A stretch of 64,000 bases of DNA, from assembly GCA_024704765.1 (NCBI GenBank), contig JAKMXF010000222.1:1616400-1680399 (forward strand). Reading direction: 5' to 3'. A model generated the notes under the pieces. The model saw nothing but the letters and a program-made list of their open reading frames with translations. It did no database searches and was not told the origin of the DNA. Positions 60,901 to 64,000 of the stretch are shown piece by piece (the stretch's first letter is position 1; the number at the start of each line of letters is the position of its first letter). This DNA comes from Oopsacas minuta. Lineage: Eukaryota > Animalia > Porifera. The translations under genes were made by a program, and so were the position numbers.

Positions 60901-61749
60901 TTATAACTTCACGTGCTAGAATATATAATAGGTGTTACAATAAATCATTATTAATTATATTTGGTAGTATAAGGGATGCAGCTGAGGCAGTGGCGTAAAC
61001 AGGGTGTTTGCCACCTGTTGTTATAGTTGCGTCATGTAATGTCACACCACCTGCCCCACTCATGCGCCGGTAGTCTGCCAAGGCTGCAGGGATTTTTCCA
61101 GGGGGAACGCAGGGAACGCAGTTCCCCCACTATATTCACAGGGGCCCAGGGGTATGCCGTTCCCCTAGCTGGTGTGCGATTTATTACAATTAACCCCAAA
61201 CTCCAACTACGTATATTTCATAATTGTTATGAAGAAAAGTTTTGATGAATGTACTCCTGTGTGCTGTGTCCCTAAGCAAGTCACTACAAATGTTCATTTT
61301 TTTGCCAAATCCCTGAAATATGGAATTTCCTCGGATTGCATGTTATTATATGTAATATTCTTAATATTAAGTAATCCTACTGATCCCGAATATTGGCAGA
61401 AATAGCAGTATTCCTTGTAATAGTAGCATTAGGAGTATAAGTGTGCATTGCAAAATATTCTACACCGACCACATATACTTTAACTATTCTGAGCTTTCTG
61501 GCCATTCCTCCACTTCTAAATTGGAAACATCACTACAAGGCTGGTAATTATAGATATTCTCAAAATCCCTGAATTCGATACAAATCCCAAAGATAATCTA
61601 GTAGAATTCATGGCATGCAGCACTCGGAATTATAAATGTGAGCAAAAATTGAACTAATTTATTCAAACTAATTATGTACTACGACGTTATTTCATCATAT
61701 CTTCATATCTTCATATAATTAATCGATTAGTTTAGAATATAACCTTAGC

Positions 61750-64000
61750 TCAATGAGTGAGCCCTACTCTCCATCCCGTCAGCTCACACTCAAGCGATCT
61801 CACGGGCTACTACTCAGAATCACAAGATTACTTTCTTGAAGAACAAGTGTAATATGGCTCATGTTACTAGTACAGTGGATGCCGGTTATAAGAACATCGT
61901 CGGGAACTGGACATAATGTTCTTATATCCGGCATCTACTGTACTGGTATACCTGTCTCAAGTACAAGGAACGCGGCAGTTAATGCCCAACCTAATGTCCC
62001 TCGCACCGATATCGGCTCTTCGCCGATCATGGAGCCCACCAACGCCTCGCAAATGTTTCAGGCATTCCAAGGGCTACAGCAGTCCCGGTCACTAATCACA
62101 GAGCATTACCGGCTCCTTCCAGCCAGGAAGTCCAACACAGGACAAGCTCTCTATCAATTTCTACTCCCACAACGGTGACAGCATTCAATCAATTCCCCTG
62201 TTCAACCCTAATGATCTTGTAGAAAAGAGGTTTTTTGCTGGGGCAGACAACATTTTTGCTTATTTGACAAAGTATTTTTCATAACTTCCTACATGGGACA
62301 TAAGTTCGAGATGGTCAAGAAGTATAAGAGACCAGACATTCCTGCTATGAGAGTCTATAAATTGGACACATATTTCACCAAAGAGAGACTTTGGATTCTG
62401 GAAAAGTCGGCATGAACCTTTAAAGAAATTCAACGTGCTAACTTGCACGCTGTAGGTCCCATATGTGAACTAATCACTAAAATATCTCAGAGTCAAATCA
62501 TTACACAAGATCAAATCGTTGAGTAAGTATCGGCGTCTCTCGTCCTACTCGGGACCGCTACTGCTAAAATCCTTCTAGAAAGAAGGAAGAACGCTATTAA
62601 AGCAGTCAATCCTGCATTAGTGAACGAGTTGGAAAAATCTGTCCCACATGACGACCAAACAAACTCTGTGTTTGGAGAAGACAATCTAAAAACATTGATT
62701 GATACTCAGAGGAGCGATCCTCCTCGATAGGCTAGCTACAGAACGACCTGCTAAGAGATAAAAACCTAGCCAGCAAAATTACTCACGATAACACTGTACC
62801 AGGTCCAATCAGCTTTTCGAAGGGGCCCCACGGGAGCTAGCTTTAATGGGGCCGATCAGAGAAAATCCCGGCCTTACTATCCAGGAGGTCTTATAGAGGC
62901 AACAACACTGGCCACTCTCACCTTCCTAAACTCAGGAAGGTGAGGCCCCTTCAAAAAAACTGATTAACACATCCTCAAATAATTTCCAAGAAATGCACAT
63001 GCTAGCATGTGTGGCATCAGGGACCTGCTGATCCCGAGGGGAGTCCCTGAGCGCTCCAGTGAAATTATTTGCCAAAGTTGGAGATCCTCCACTTTAAAAT
63101 CTTACTCCACTGCTTGGAGAAAGTGGGTGTCATATTGCACACAAAAAGGAGTAAATCAACTAAAACCTGATATTCATAACATAATATCATTCATCACAGA
63201 AACATTCGAGTCTAAAAAATCCACAAGCAGGACTTTCACCTTCCGCTCAGTAATCTCCAGTTTTAGAAGTGTCACAGGGAGCAAGCATAGGCAAAACCCA
63301 CTAGTCTCCCATTACTTAAGGGAATGGGTAATACAACCCAAAAAACCACGTTACTCTAGTACCTGGGATATCGGTTAGTTGCTTAATTACTTGGAGCAGA
63401 ATATTGAGTCAACACTCAAATCTAAAACGTCCAACTTGCTACACTCATCGCGTTAACTACGGCATCTCGCTGCTTTGAGATTACAGCCTTGACGATAGAA
63501 CACACGAACTCAAGTTCAGACCGAGCAATCTTTCAGATTGAGAGGTTCAAGATCTGGAACAAGCGGTGATGAAACCTACTCACATACACAAATTCACTGC
63601 CAACGATCGTTTATACCCTCTTCTCGCATTGCGGGAATATTTGTCAGCAACCTTCACGATCGGACAAGGCAACACATCTCTATTTATGACCACAGTCAAA
63701 CCTCACAAACCAACCTCTTCTTCAACCATCAGTAGTAGGTGGGTCAAAACCACAATGGGGCTTGCTGGGATTGATATCTCCACATACAAGGCCCATTCCA
63801 CCAGGTTTGCTCTACATCCAAAGCTGCACAAGCCGGAGTTAATACTCAAGGTGGCAGACTGGCCTAATGCCCAAACATTCCAATCATTCTATCATAGAAA
63901 GCTATATAATACCGCTGAGAATGTTCATTCTCAGCCTACAAAGTCATTTACTACAACGGTCCTATCTCAGATATCCCTTAGCGACGAGGACCAAGATTAG
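61750..64000 (+). mobile_element. Decayed DIRS1-type tyrosine-recombinase retrotransposon with internal deletion
   Basis: Gag-like remnant about 62330-62720 (IQRANLHAVGP, LLGTA...ERRKNA...P.L, VFGED). YR remnant 63000-63920: SWRSSTLKSYSTAW..W..YC, LATLIALTTASRCFEI, KAHSTR and ADW.NA.TFQSFY. Many stops and frameshifts; left boundary approximate. Confidence 0.85.

Noticed and set aside
61380-61560. Hydrophobic frame resembling a decayed membrane protein
   Set aside because: Short, interrupted, and with no recognisable motif.
981-63735. Most short ORFs in the supplied track (e.g. 981-1196, 4320-4511, 10227-10541, 36922-37137, 41620-43179, 44112-44555, 46664-46960)
   Set aside because: They are antisense or alternative-frame shadows of real genes, or lie in transposon remnants, and have no domain signal.
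1-64000. tRNA, rRNA, SL RNA genes or CRISPR arrays
   Set aside because: None could be recognised by eye; covariance-model searches would be needed to exclude small RNAs.

Overview
AT-rich, compact eukaryotic (animal) genomic DNA with short GT-AG introns and many single-exon genes. The gene set (BarX/Bsh-like NKL homeobox, cytohesin, EXOC8, MEI1, zeta/delta-type tubulin) and the compact layout suggest an early-branching metazoan, possibly a glass sponge; this is inference only. Apparently intact genes: Cu-ATPase ATP7 (5' part), makorin, cytohesin, a 7-exon coiled-coil gene, an OB-fold gene resembling the POT1 C-terminus, zeta/delta-like tubulin, WDR88, PCCB, a bacterial-type phosphomannose-isomerase-like cupin, EXOC8, VPS25, a homeobox gene, a PH-domain gene and CRYZL1. 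Mobile DNA: a decayed DD37D (maT) element, a decayed MULE with a RING finger, a 1.7-kb foldback, MITEs and an internally deleted DIRS1-type element. Main signals missed by the ORF track: (1) meiotic recombination genes appear damaged (MCMDC2-like pseudogene with many stops, MEI1 split by a 2-nt frameshift, a weaker MEI4-like remnant); (2) two complete genes sit in consecutive introns of the POT1-C-like gene; (3) unpaired 3' splice acceptors lie just upstream of many start codons, with operon-like spacing, suggesting SL trans-splicing; (4) a horizontal-transfer candidate cupin. All homology calls come from manual translation and recalled family motifs; no database searches were run.
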